Origin: Bigelowiella natans CCMP2755
Taxonomy: Eukaryota > Protista > Cercozoa
Reading direction: 5' to 3'
NCBI GenBank assembly: GCA_000320545.1
Contig: ADNK01001927.1
Coordinates: 1 to 64,000, forward strand
DNA length: 64,000 bases
Positions 1-13,498 of the stretch are shown here, piece after piece. Numbering within the stretch: the first letter of the stretch is position 1; each line of letters begins with the position of its first letter. A model generated the notes under the pieces. The model did no database searches and was not told where the DNA came from. It saw nothing but the letters and a program-made list of their open reading frames with translations. The position numbers were made by a program, and so were the translations under genes.

Positions 1-1040
1 GAGGTCCTCCTCCTCCTCCTCCTCCTCATCCTCCTCTTTATCCTCCTCTCTTTCAACACAGCACTGTACTAAATATTTAGGCGCTGCGTTGGACATGGGG
101 TAATCTCAATGAAGCGGTCAAGGTCGTGGTGGGAGGCGACAAACGGTGCATCATCACGAGCATGTTATAGCTTGCAGGCGATGAAACGGAACTATGTGAA
201 GTGAAACATACAGTGCTAGAGTGTCCTAGGCGCACGCATTTGTCAGTTGTAGCCATCACTTAATCAAAAAAAAAGAAGGATAGCGGGAAGTGGAAAGCAA
301 AGAGAAGTCATGGTCCTGAAGTTGGCAGAGAACAGGCATGAAAGGAAAAAAAATGAAACCAGGCTAGCAGGCATGGAGGTTGCATCTGAAAAAAGATGCA
401 TGGTCGGGGATTTTCCGTCACGTCATTGCTGCTAGCTAGCTAGTTGTGTTGCATCACAATAGCTGCTAGTTTAAACCAAATTCAAAAAACCTGGTAGTTT
501 GCTAGTTGTAGTCCTCACTAAAGATAGTTCGAGTCACTACGTTTCGTACACTGCAAATGTCTTGTAACATTTTGGAAATGTAGTTCATTTTTCATCACTG
601 CTCATTGTTCATTGCTCATTGTCCGCCACATGTAGCATCGCATGCGTTGCATGCGTGTCATATCATTGTGGTGCAATTGCCAACTGGGGTGATGGGATCG
701 AGCTTGCGGCTTGTTTCATGATGTCAATGTTAAAACTTTGCTGACGAGTCATCATCACCCGCAAATGTGAGACGAGTGTAGTGATTAGATCAAATCTGTC
801 AATGGGCAACCTCATCCTAGCTATGCAAAGCAGCAGCCACAGCGCTTAAATTGCACACAGCATGCAAATACACACAATAACATGTGCACATATATACACA
901 TATATGCACATACATGTATTTATTCACTCATGTAATATATGCATATGTGTGTTAATTTTAGGCGCAGCTTTGCAAAGCTTACATTAGATTGACAATTGAA
1001 AAAATTTAATGAATCATTACATCCGTCTCATGTATACATA

Positions 1041-1081
<41 letters not shown>

Positions 1082-1232
1082 AGTGTGTAGTAATTAGCGT
1101 AATGGTAACATCGCCTTGGGCCTAGCAATTGCGTGATCAGCGACAAAAGGTCGTATGACTCTTGGAGCTTGTGCTCGGACAGCAGGATTTGCTTGAATCC
1201 CAGCTTTTCCCACTTTGTTGTTGATATTCAGC

Positions 1233-1675
1233 TTATTCTTCCTCCTTCCTCTCCTCTTCCCCCTCTTCGTCGCCATCGTCGTTAGCATAGTCACTTAATT
1301 CCAGCTTAGCCTATAATATATTTTTTCCATAAAATAATCAGGAATACCGCTACCATTACTAAATTAACACTTTGGGAAATTGGAATGCTTCATTCTGTGT
1401 CTCGTTGACCTTCTCTTCTAATGATTTATTTGATGCTGTGACGCCTTTCTCGCCTCTCCCCTCCCCCCCCTGTTCTTCGCGTTCTTGTAGTAGTTTTTCA
1501 TCGAGGACGAAAGCTTCATCGTAGGCTCCTACGGGTGTCACCCCTCCCTAAGATGTTGTTAAATGATGGTGAGATTATTGATATTTGGGATGGAATGAAA
1601 AGGAAGAAGTATGATACTACATATTGAAGCACATATTTGTAAGTTTCGTACCATGCTACCCCCCCCATCTCTTTC

Positions 1676-1751
<76 letters not shown>

Positions 1752-1897
1752 TGGTATAGAGTTGCCCTCAATTTCCCCAATTGCAATGAGAAATAAAACA
1801 TTCCAAATCTCCCTTGAATGAGCTCCAAAACAACTCCAAAGTAACAAGGGATACAATTTTTAGATATATACTCATCATGAATGACGGTTCCATATAT

Positions 1898-1931
<34 letters not shown>

Positions 1932-2323
1932 TTATTTATATAAATACATATATTTATATAGAACAATTTTACAACCACAAGCATCATTTACCCCATCACT
2001 CGTCTCCCTATACTTTCGTTGCTTTCCAGCCTAGCAGCACACGTAAAGATTAGGGAGGGGGGAGGGCGGGGGGGGACATCTTCACCATAATTCGCAACAG
2101 CAGCACCATCATCGATATATCTTCAATGCACAGCAGAAATATCACTTCTGAGGAGTATTCAATCGGGTGATTGCAATGGTATCTTTACCTCTTCGTCATC
2201 ATCCTCATCATCTTCGTCATCATTCTCATCATCGTCTCCGCTGGCTTCTTCATCTCCTGAGACGCTTTTGTTCACGTCGCTAAGTGTATCAGACATCTAT
2301 TAGCGCAATAATCACTTATGAAT

Positions 2324-2369
<46 letters not shown>

Positions 2370-2974
2370 GCGCACACACAGAGAGACAAACAACGACGAC
2401 AACAACAACAATAGCACAACAACAATCGTAGGCACTTCTTGTACAAACGCGTGCAAATCACTGCTACATCGTAAGAGAGTATCCTGCGCGTCCAGTCTCC
2501 TCGGCCTCTCCCCCCTCTCTTTGAGCAATCTTCCCAGTCGAATCATCTATTGTTGTATAGCGATAAAAATTACACCAATACTACCTCTGCTACTACTACC
2601 ACTACTAATTATAATAATAATTATGATGATGATACTGATGATGATAATTATAATTACACGTAGGAAGAGGAGAGAAGGAGCTTGATAATATACCTTCTTC
2701 CGCCGAGCCATACTCTAAAATTGACGCCAAATCCACGGTTTTGGAGAAATCCAGAGAACCCTTTCCTTCCGCTTTAATTTGTTCCACGATTTCGGGTATT
2801 TCCTCACGGTCTAAAAGCTCAGAATGGTGGTCCTCAAGGCGCTGTAGTTGCAAACATACTTCGTCACAATTTGCGGTGAGATGCATATCGACGGGGAGAA
2901 TTATAGCCACGCTTCAGACTTCTGTGTTTCTCTTCAATTCTGGTTGCTGTTTAGCCCGTCATCGAGAAATCGAT

Positions 2975-3017
<43 letters not shown>

Positions 3018-3159
3018 GTGTTAGTTTATTATTATTATTATTAGTAGTAGTAGTAGTGGTAGCCCTTTTGGTACTCCCAGTTATCCCCCGTAAGGTCCCC
3101 CCCGAAAGGGCCCTCAAGGGGGAATTGACCCCGAAAACCTAGGGGTTTTTCCCCGGGGG

Positions 3160-3202
<43 letters not shown>

Positions 3203-5220
3203 TAACAAGGCACAAGAGCACAGAATACAAACGCACAAGACAAAATTTGTGGTCATGATGGTTTCCTTTTTCCTTCCCACCCCCCCCCCCCCCCCCTCCC
3301 ACATCCCTAGTCCCCCCCCCTTGAGAGCATAGTACCCCAAGCCTCACGGCGGATGCATCCTGAGAGGAAATGAAAGGGCAGGGGGAAAATGCAAACCGTT
3401 AAGACCTTCTAAAAATCAATGATAGGAGTAATAATGATGATGATGATGATGATGATGATGGTGATACTTCGCGAGGGGGCAGACAAATCGTATCGATTTC
3501 TATGTTATTGCATCGATTTCTTCATATCCGCCAATCATCGTCTTATGTTTATATTTCATATGTCTTTGGTTTCAGAAGGACGACTTTCCCCCCCCCCCCC
3601 CCCCTCCTTTCTCTCTTATTACGTGGTAGATGACGTCTAAGATATTGCCATCTGAATCCGGAGTCAAGCTGTGGAGAATGGTTAGGAGGAGGAAAGATGT
3701 TAGATAAAGAGGGGGTCCAGATCTCAATAATATGTATGAAATGGGGAGACACGTCAAGGTGGCTCTCTCTCCTTGACTCGTCCTTTCCTCATTCATGAGT
3801 TATAACGGTACACATGTCGTTCATGTGAGTAGGTAGGCCGTCACTTGCTGTAGAACAAACAAGTGCCGACGACTTGGTACTTGATGATCTTTGCAGGGAG
3901 CCACATTCCAAGTGTTTTCGAGTAAACCTGAGAAGAAGAAGAAGAAGAAGAAGAAGAAGAAGAAGAAGAAGATGATGATGATGAAGATGGTGATGAGGAT
4001 GAAGAAGAAGAGGTGCAATTGAAGAGAGACATTACATGAGCGGGTGAATGAGTGAGTGCGATGCTAACGATACAAGTAAGATGTAATATCCATCTGCTTC
4101 TTCTTTCTCTCCTTCTTAGTCCGAGAGTGGTTGGTTGTGTTACTATTACTGCTACTACTACTATTACTACTACTACAACTACTAATAGTAGTCGTGTGAC
4201 CACCTCCAATATATCCCCTGTTTGCCAATCTGCCCGAATTCTCTCCTCAAGGTCGTCGATGTTCATCTCAGAAACACTGTCATCAACAAGCAAAAGCAGC
4301 GTTACCAACTCGATGAAAAAGAGGTTGACCAGACGTTTTTCCTTCTCTTACACACCCCCCATCTCTCTCCTCGCCCCCCCCTTAAAACTCCACCCCCATC
4401 CTCCTCTCTTCCTCTCTCTCTCTCACATACACACACACGCACACAAATAAACACACAAGTGATGCATATACCGTGTGATATGCTTTGTGATGGGGTGCGA
4501 ATCTGATTATCGATAGTGATTATATCTTAGGGATACCATCATCAGAAAGGGGGGGGGAGGGGCGAGAGGGAGGTTACAGGGAAGAACGCAGGAGCCTACA
4601 AAAGTCGCCATTTCGATGCATCTTCTCTTCATACCATCTTCTGATTGTACACTATATTACTACCTGCGTCTCTCCAATTTTTGTCCTTTCTCGAGGGGGT
4701 GACTATATCTTCTGTGCTGGCCACTACATCTCCTTTCCCTCCCTCTCCTCCTCCTTCCTCCTCCTCTTCATGGACATAATCCCCATCAGCAGCAAGAATA
4801 CTAGCGAGAATCTTGTCCATCAACGCTTGCTTTATCTCCGGGTCATCTGCCATGTTCACTTCCTGCAAACAACAGGAGAGCGGCCAACAAACGGTTTAAC
4901 GATCAAACCATCCATTATAGAGGGGTTTCGAGACGAAGTACTCAACCACAGGTATTACGGAAGAGGCGAATTAAAAAAAAAAAAAAGGAGGTAAAAAACA
5001 AAGCTGAAACCACCATTCCTAAATCATCTATCTCAAAAGGTATCCCCAGCGTTATATTATTCACTATACTGCAAGGAAAAAGGGGGGAATGTAGCCTCAT
5101 TTCTGTATGCCATGACCTGGATTGCTTGTCGCAGGCTTTTATTCCTTTCCCTTTTTGTGGTTTGTTGGATTACGAAAAAGGAAAGCAGGTAGATACAAAA
5201 AGATGGTAGGAAATATATCA

Positions 5221-5257
<37 letters not shown>

Positions 5258-5568
5258 TGTATATACATACTGATATGTGGGCACCCACACACACTTTCTT
5301 TGATGTTAAGAATACAACAAAAGGAGTGCCAGCATAAAAAACAGGGAAAAGAAAAAGGTTATTGAGTGTCTACCTTTCCACTTGGAGAGAGTACTCATAC
5401 TCCGCTGCTTGCACTTTTTGAGTCTGCAGCAGATGGTATGTGTGTGTGTGTGTGTGTGCGTTTGTGTGTGTGTGTGTGTGTATTCAAACACATGCAGGGT
5501 GGTGGATACTAGCATAGATGTCATTTTGGTATATTTTATAATTTCTCCCTCACACACGCACACACACA

Positions 5569-5609
<41 letters not shown>

Positions 5610-6402
5610 TATCATCGATGCGTGTGTATTTGCATACTCATCATATTCACAAGTAGCAATTTATGTCGTTTATATGTTGTATTCTGTTTCTTGTGAAGAA
5701 AATCAATGCACCTTAATCTCTAGTTGCAGAGTCTCTACTTTCTCTTTCTCCAAATTGTACTATTGTAGCATGATGTAACATGTTCATATTCGATAGGGAA
5801 ATACGAGTAGCTTCTACTTCTCTCTCTCTCTCTCTCTCTCCCTCTCTCTGCCTATCTTTCAATCGTTCTACTTCTCTCTGGGTGATGAAGCGATAAGGAG
5901 ACTAAATCTCTTAGTAATAGAAGCTGGTGACACTGATGGCAGCAAATTACCTTTTGAACGCATATTTCTAGCCTCTCGGCGTATCTGAGAATAAGTACTC
6001 GTAAGATGCAGAATAGTCAAGCACCACACCTGCATAGTGCCTTATCTGTCTTACAAGGTGGCGCCTTTGTTTATTCAGCATCATCTATTGCAAGGTATAC
6101 ATGTTTTTATCTCTGACCGTTTGCGGAGTTGCATCATCTTGTAGTCAAATTCCGCCCTTGTTATGCGTAGCAGACGTTAATATTTGCAGAAAATATTTTT
6201 TCAAAAGAAGCTTAGAGAGAACAATCCCTTGTCATTACTCGCATCATCATCATTACTATCATCGTCATCATGATCATCATCATCATCATCATGTTCTTTT
6301 TCTTCTCTTTGCATCGTCAGTGAATGACACTACTTCTGTTGCTTTAGCGCTACTCCAGAATTCGCTCCTAAGGAATGAATATTTTAATATATTATATACA
6401 CT

Positions 6403-6444
<42 letters not shown>

Positions 6445-6797
6445 TTCTTTATATAACGTAACAATCAAAAACTATCCTAAAAGAATTAGCTGGAACACTT
6501 GTTGGCTGTAGATGATGTTTATTTTATTCATCAACGACACCTGCTCGTCTGTGCACAATTTTTCGTTCCTGAAGACGGCTCTCGAGATCAGAGATCTGAA
6601 GAAGTAGGTTGAGATTTGACCATGATGAAAGAAGGCGGGGGGGGGGGGGGGGGGGTATGAACATTGGAAGAGTGCTCCTAGCGAAATTTAAACGACTTTT
6701 ATATTACCTTTTCTTGCGCAATATTGAGTGCAGATAGTAGCTGGGCTTTATTGCTTTGCATACCGATCACCGGATTACGAGCCCCTACGTGCACACG

Positions 6798-6838
<41 letters not shown>

Positions 6839-7497
6839 GTATGTGTAATATTTAGATGTATCTTCGAGCAACGAAAGCAGGCTATTTTGTGTTTGTGCTT
6901 TGAGTGCAATGTATTTGTCAGTCTTCCTGACGCAACCAACTTCCGAATATGTCACTACCTAATCCGCCTCCTGACACCTATGATTTTGGTACAGCGTGGT
7001 GAGATGAGCCACAACAGGAGGGGGGAGAGAGAAAGAAGGAAAGGAAGAGCTGCTTGTGAGAAATGGCGCATTTGTACTTACTCACGAATAAGGAAATGTA
7101 AGGAATGGTACAGCAAATACAAAGAACCGAGATGCCACGCAAATGACCTGGCTTTTGGGGGTTATTCTCCTTGTTGCGGGGACGACTTTGCAAGCGGAAG
7201 AGGACATCTGCAGCCGTGTAGCGTGAATAAAACAATGTGATAACGCCAAACTAATATCTTGCAGGACACCTCGGGAAGAACACCGCAAACACTCATACCA
7301 GCAGGGAAGGGGAGACGGAGAGAGAGAGCGAGAGAGAGAGAGAGGAAGGGGGAGGGGGTGGGGTGCTGCCTCGCAAACACATGGCGTAAAAGCCTTGGAT
7401 ATCTCACCAGATGAAAGAACGAGCCGTCCAACCGAGAAGTGATTTTACCCTCATAGTTAGAAACAACATACGATTATCAAACACGCACACACACACA

Positions 7498-7533
<36 letters not shown>

Positions 7534-8247
7534 ACACATTACAGAGGAAGACAGGACAGCCATGAAATGCAATATGCACACATAACCAAATGCAATTCTC
7601 CTCCTCCTCCTCCTCCTCCTCCTCCTCCTCCTCCTCACTATTCACCATTTTCCCTTCTTCACACACTGGTAGTACCCGTCTAAATATCGAGTTCTTTAGA
7701 GGAAGCTGGGTTCGGAGCATCGCCACCTGCAGCAGCAGTAGTGACAGCAGCATACGCATCCTTTTCTCAACCACCACATCAACACGATCCTCCCTCTCAA
7801 ACAGTCACGAATTTGCGACATAGCTCTCAAGCCAAGGACGGTGTACGTGGTGCTTCATTGTTGGCGCGCGCTGTTGTTGTCGGTCGGTCGGTATTGTATA
7901 GAGTAGATATAGTATATGAGCTAACAACCATGCGAGAGACGCTCGGGCCCTTACCACTGACCCCTGGGACTTTCTCTGCCAAACAAGAAGAAGAAGAAGA
8001 AGAAGAAGAAGAAGGACCGCACACGATGTCAGGAAACACTATATGGCTACGTCGCCCTTGTCAGTTGGTAAAGCAGACTGTAAGTGCCTTTCGCAGCTCT
8101 TTGATTGGAGAGGGCGTGGGATAGTAGCGTGAACGTCACAGTGGCGTCGACCTAATGATCATAAGGGGGGGGGATTACTATTCATGCAAAGCACGGCATG
8201 GTATATAGAGGAATAAGGTGCTGTAAAAACCTGGACAAACCTATTCC

Positions 8248-8278
<31 letters not shown>

Positions 8279-8420
8279 GTCATCATCGTCATCATAATTA
8301 TCAACGTGATGGTGTAAATGTAAGCTAAGGATGGCATGTTCTCATATTCGTTATAATGATCGATTCTCTTTAGTACGCTGTCTCTTAGTCCCTTCTGCCA
8401 GCTCTGAAACGATACATCAC

Positions 8421-8457
<37 letters not shown>

Positions 8458-8513
8458 GCTGCCGTGGTCGTTGATATCTCGTGATATAACGATGAAGAAA
8501 CTTGACACACACA

Positions 8514-8569
<56 letters not shown>

Positions 8570-9032
8570 AAGAGAAAGAGAAAGAGAGAAGAGAGATGAA
8601 ACACGCCCCTGTCAGTAGATAACCCACCGGCCACACACCATATGCAAAGCGTACACAAGCGCGCCCTGCGTCTAACTGTATGAGCGCTATGAACTAAAGC
8701 AAAACATGTGCCGACATCGGCCACCACTAACTATACTCGCAACAACTAAGGAACTTTGAGCCCATGACAGCTACTACTGACTACAACGGCTGCTGCTTCT
8801 ACTACCTGAGGTTCCAATGCATCGACTCTTACTCGAATATCATTAGCCTGATATATGATCATTGTAGTTGTTGTGCTCAGGCCCATACTTGGCATATGCT
8901 GAGAGGACTACGGGCTAACATGCTTGTCACTTACATGCAAACACACATAGACACACTCGCGCGCGCGCGCACGCATAGATAGAGGGAGAGGGAGTGAGTA
9001 ATATTATGTATGTCTTATACACACAAACACAC

Positions 9033-9076
<44 letters not shown>

Positions 9077-10688
9077 GTGTGTGTGTGTGTGTGTGTGTTT
9101 GCGTCTGTGGTTTATCTAGCGATACTCTGCAAGCAGCGTCAATGTCCTTCTCGATCTGAAGCTTAGATGCTTCTTCTTCTTCCTATCGAATTGATTATAC
9201 AAAAAAAACAAATTTACTATCATCGCCATAAACACCATCCCTCATTTGAAGCAAATCTGGTCACTGCTGCAGCCGTATATGCTATATGATGACTCAGCCC
9301 ACCCCCACCTCTGATAACTTGGAGATATCGAAGCCTTTGAGCTTTACTTGGAGCTGTGTGCTCTGGATATTTTGTATGTGTTTAACATTCATACAGTTAG
9401 ACATATGCCACGACGATCTTGAGGATGGAATTTGTGGCGAGAAAGTGGAGAAGCAATGTGCGGCTCATACATGGCCACAACTGACCAACCTCTGGATCCA
9501 GGGAAACGAGTTTTTGAGGCAAAGTGCTAGTCTGCAAAATATACACAGAAAGCATAACAAAACAAATTCTCACACGGGTGAGTGATGAGCGGTAGTTCCA
9601 ATACTAATGCGGTAAGCTGATGATGGTTATTGAGAATAAATGGTGGCTCTGACTGCAACTGAAAGCTGTGCAATCTATGCGTGCTCAGTAGTGTTGTTGG
9701 ACCCTGGTTTTTTTCCTCATCGCTGGGCTTCCCTGACCCTTGTTAGGCAGCATGCCATTCGATTGCTCAAACTTGGTATCTAAGGTTAGACTTCCCCGTG
9801 TGTTTCGGATTGGGCCTTGTTGTAAATTTGTCTCGCTCCAAGGATTTGAATCTACGAGCGTTGCACCCGCCGATTCTTCATTTTCTGCCGCAGATGCTAA
9901 TCTTGGGGAATATTTCTCTATCTCTGAAAGCACAGGAGCATGCATCTTACGCGATAAAACACTCAGAAATTGGGTCTCGAAAAAGCTACCGCGAATAATT
10001 GCTGTGTCCTCTTCTTCTAAGTCTCTCCAGAGCTCGATCCGAAACGGCAGCTGCGCGCTGTGGAACTTCCGGCTCCTACGTGGTGTTGTATGTGGGTTAG
10101 TGAAGAGCCTCTCTCCTGTTGAAATATTAAATAGCACCAGTTTTTTGCAGTGACATTCTCTCCTGCGACTGACACCAATTCGTCGTTTATTTGAACGCCT
10201 GATGAAACGACATTGAGGGCGACCACATTTGGTTGCAAGCGTCTGGGACATTACCTAACGCTTTCGCTGAAGTTCCAGGAGCTATGTGCTCGATTGCAAG
10301 TGTGCCATGCTCAACACAAATGCCGAAATTTCGGGTCTGGACAATGACCTGAGATGAAGACGCTCAGCAGTAAGTAAATACCGGGAGAGTCATGTTTATC
10401 AACACATACGCTGTAGATTCCGTCGCTGTCGATTTCAATGCTCATCTTTCTTTCTCCTGTCCGATGCTGCTGCTACGTCGGAATGGTATCTACTCCTTGT
10501 TTCTTCTTTTGTCCCCTGCTGCTGTCTGAGGGTGAAATCCTCCTCCTCTTTGTAGCTGTTTCCTGCAGACTCGTTCCAGGTTCCAGCGCAGCAGCCGCCG
10601 GAATGACAATGACAGATGCTCTCAAGTGGCAAGATCAAATCATCAAAAAATATCCGAGGTTTTACCTAAATATCAATCTACAATCCAT
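1233..10688 (-). CDS. Large multi-exon protein with an N-terminal PDZ domain and acidic/coiled-coil regions (may be more than one gene)
   Basis: Spliced exons near 10350-10000 read VIVQTRNFGICVEHGTLAIEHIAPGTSAKALG|VQINDELVSVAGENVTAKNW...AQLPFRIELWRD, which is PDZ-like. Further minus-strand coding segments lie at 4863-4630, 4320-4195, 3930-3870, 2960-2690 and 1540-1370. The last exon is AKLELSDYANDDGDEEGEEERKEEE* ending at 1233. Joining them into one gene is inference. Confidence 0.5.
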
Positions 10689-10729
10689 GTCGCAATTTCG
10701 TGAACGGCCCTAAGAAAGGAGGGTCATCG

Positions 10730-10964
10730 TATGTTTATGCGACAACGAATATTCGATGTCGTCTTCAATAAATGACTAAAGGGATGCTATTTTTTGAAGG
10801 CGTCTTCTTCCAAGAATCTTCTTTCTTTTCCTAAAGCTTGCCGAGCCTAACAACAAAAGATAATTAAAACGCCCTGAGAAAGGAGAGTCGTAGTATGGTT
10901 TTTGCGACAACGAATATTCGATGTCGTCTTCAATAAATGACCGAAGGGATGCTAATTTTTGAAG
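10730..10964 (+). repeat. Imperfect direct duplication of a ~70-bp core in the divergent promoter region
   Basis: tgcgacaacgaatattcgatgtcgtcttcaataaatgac..aagggatgcta.ttttt.gaag occurs at ~10738 and ~10903. tccttttcaaaactcaa also occurs at 10995 and 11031. Confidence 0.85.
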
Positions 10965-11073
10965 TTCTTTCTTTGTTTTGCTGAGCCGAAGAACTCCTTT
11001 TCAAAACTCAAATTGAAAGGGACCCCCAGATCCTTTTCAAAACTCAATTTTGTCAAAGTCGAAGTCGTCGAAA

Positions 11074-12717
11074 ATGTATTCCATGAAGGTGCCGCCAGAG
11101 TATAGATGCCCAATTTCGCATGAGATAATGAAGGAACCAACAATGAACGAAACGGGGAACAGTTACGAGCGTAAATCCATAGAAGACTGGTATAAGCGTA
11201 ATCGCACTGATCCTTTAACAAGTAAACCTGTGGATCCCCAAAGATTGGTGTTAAACCGAGCTCTAAAGAGTAGGATAGAGGGTTTTCTGGAAGAAAGTGT
11301 CAAAAAAGAAGCTGTATACGTCATCATAGGGAAGTCGGGAAGCGGTAAATCGACATTAATAAATGAAATCGCTTGTGTGCTTGGCAATAACGAGGAGGAC
11401 GTTGCGAAAACCTCGCCAAACTTAGAGGAGGGCTGCACCAAGGAAGTCACAACGTATGAACTGGAAATATGTCCTGACAAAAAAAGTAGCTCTTCTAAAT
11501 CGCACGTGACGCTCATTGACACCATGGGCTTTCCGGATCCTCACCCGAAGATGGACACTGTGATTAAGCGATACGACCAAGTAATAGAAGCATGCAACAA
11601 AAAGATACATGGAATCATTTGGGTACTTCGGGAGAGTCGTTCTGATTATGATCCAAAAAACTTACGCGCTCTCATGCAAGAATTTGCATTCGCAAAATGC
11701 CCTATATATCTTCTGTACAACAACTCTGAGTATCTTGGTAGGAACAGAGAGAAGACTGAAAACATAAAAACGTTGTTAGCTTCGGTGAACAAATTCATGA
11801 AAGATCTGAACTTGCTAAACATACGTGGACTATTTCTATCACATGAAAGGGAAGATTTGTCTAAGCGCTTCCTCGAAATTCTGAAGGACCCTGTCATTCC
11901 GACGAAGAGTGAAATGACCACCTACTCCCAAATCTTGAAGATAAACAAGGAGTTGCTGGAAAAAAAGTATAGAACTTTGATAGAACAGAAGGCGATGAAA
12001 GACCGCAAAAAACGTCTGAGTGCACAAATATGCGCTGCAAAAATATCTCTTAAGCAATGCAAAGCTTGGGAAAATTGGGCACCTACTCACATGGGCCACA
12101 TATCAGCGCACACATTGACCCTGGAATCATTGGATGCAGGTGTACTTGCATTATTCTGGGCTGGATCCTTAGTCTCCGAATATTTTGCTCTTATTGGGAT
12201 TCTCGGTTATCATAGCACTATGTGCATATCTCGGTACTACCGCAAAAAAGCAGCTACTTTAAAAACGAAAATAGAGAAGTTGGAACACGAAATTAAACAA
12301 TGTAGTGACAAAAATCCTAGTGCAGTATTGAAGGCATGTAGAGAATGGAAAGAACGACTAGAGATTTTGCGAAAGGTTTTACTGAAAAGAGTCGATGACG
12401 GAAATGGATTCGGAGGCAGCGATAACAAAGGTGGTGGTGGCCCTCCAAAACCCGAGGCTGCTGTGAAGGAGCAAAAGGCTAGGAGCAAAGAGCATGGCTA
12501 TAAATCAAGCTCAGTCGAAGCCGAGAATACGAAGAAGTCCCTCACGCAGGAGAGCTCTCTGGTTGTCATTAGCGACTCGGGCGCCGAGAGGCAGGCGTCA
12601 TCATCATCGTCGTCATTATCATCATCATCGCATCCTACCAATTGCACGATGAAAATTGTGGTTGAATCTGCAAGCCGCCAACTAAATGCATTTGTTGGAC
12701 TTTTGCGCAATCTATAA
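11074..12717 (+). CDS. Intronless U-box + AIG1/GIMAP-like P-loop GTPase + coiled-coil + hydrophobic segment protein
   Basis: U-box: PPEYRCPISHEIMKEPT..G.SYERKSIEDW...TDPLT.......LVLNRALKSRIE. G1 GKSGSGKS, G2 GCT, G3 LIDTMG. Hydrophobic stretch GVLALFWAGSLVSEYFALIGILGY. First ATG is at 11074. Confidence 0.88.
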   Translation: MYSMKVPPEYRCPISHEIMKEPTMNETGNSYERKSIEDWYKRNRTDPLTSKPVDPQRLVLNRALKSRIEGFLEESVKKEAVYVIIGKSGSGKSTLINEIACVLGNNEEDVAKTSPNLEEGCTKEVTTYELEICPDKKSSSSKSHVTLIDTMGFPDPHPKMDTVIKRYDQVIEACNKKIHGIIWVLRESRSDYDPKNLRALMQEFAFAKCPIYLLYNNSEYLGRNREKTENIKTLLASVNKFMKDLNLLNIRGLFLSHEREDLSKRFLEILKDPVIPTKSEMTTYSQILKINKELLEKKYRTLIEQKAMKDRKKRLSAQICAAKISLKQCKAWENWAPTHMGHISAHTLTLESLDAGVLALFWAGSLVSEYFALIGILGYHSTMCISRYYRKKAATLKTKIEKLEHEIKQCSDKNPSAVLKACREWKERLEILRKVLLKRVDDGNGFGGSDNKGGGGPPKPEAAVKEQKARSKEHGYKSSSVEAENTKKSLTQESSLVVISDSGAERQASSSSSSLSSSSHPTNCTMKIVVESASRQLNAFVGLLRNL

Positions 12718-13498
12718 ATCAAGTTTTTCCAACACTGCGCAACTGAAACCCTGATAATGAAACAACATTGTTCAGCTAGTCATGCGCATGAAAAACTGAA
12801 GGGCCAGCCAGGGGCACAACGCCGCTCGGACGCGGGTCTTTTGCTTTGTGCGCGGGCGTTTCAACATGGTTTAGTGATGTGACCAACTCAGGTGCATGTA
12901 TTACATCGCATCGCAAACACAGCTAGTGATGGTGCACAACTAGCGCGTGTGATCAGGCTGCCGTGCATGACGCGAACGACAACGAGTGCTGCATCATGCA
13001 TGCATGATGAAATTTATTTGGTTTTCTAATGTAAATGAGTGCAAAAAGCGATGCACAATTCAAGGCAGTAGTGCTCATGTGATGCGACAATGCGTGTCTA
13101 CTTGTACATGCCGCATAATCCGCAGCGTGCTGGTGCGTAATAAATGACGATCCCGTATGTGTGTCTGCATGTCACCGCTCAACATCACTCTAGCAGCACT
13201 GCTAGATTGGCAGTGTCTAGACTACATGCAACGAATGATGAAATTGTTTGAGTTGTTGTCGCATTGGGCGGGACCGCGTTCATGTATTGTTCTCAAATGA
13301 TCATGAATGGTGCTCACGAACGTCACATTACACAACGATGACTCTGCATCATGCTAGCATTGTCATGCAGTGTCTACAAGATCACTGACCGATTTGAGAT
13401 GTGAATGATGCTCATACAAAGTGATCATTACTTTGTAGTGACTTGCTTACCACCCTCTATCCTCAATGGGGGTGCAAATCAAAATTTTTCCTATCGCT

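Noticed and set aside
77-263. Possible terminal exon of a gene entering from the left edge
   Set aside because: An acceptor-like tttag is present at ~80, but the frame and product cannot be established.
3040-3340. Odd G/C homopolymer-rich, quasi-palindromic stretch
   Set aside because: Lies between microsatellites in an intron and looks like low-quality sequence. No consistent structure.
1611-9100. Numerous short ORFs with HTHT, YIYI, LSLS or poly-M/poly-S runs
   Set aside because: Translations of intronic (CA)n, (TA)n, (GA)n and trinucleotide microsatellites. The same applies across the window.
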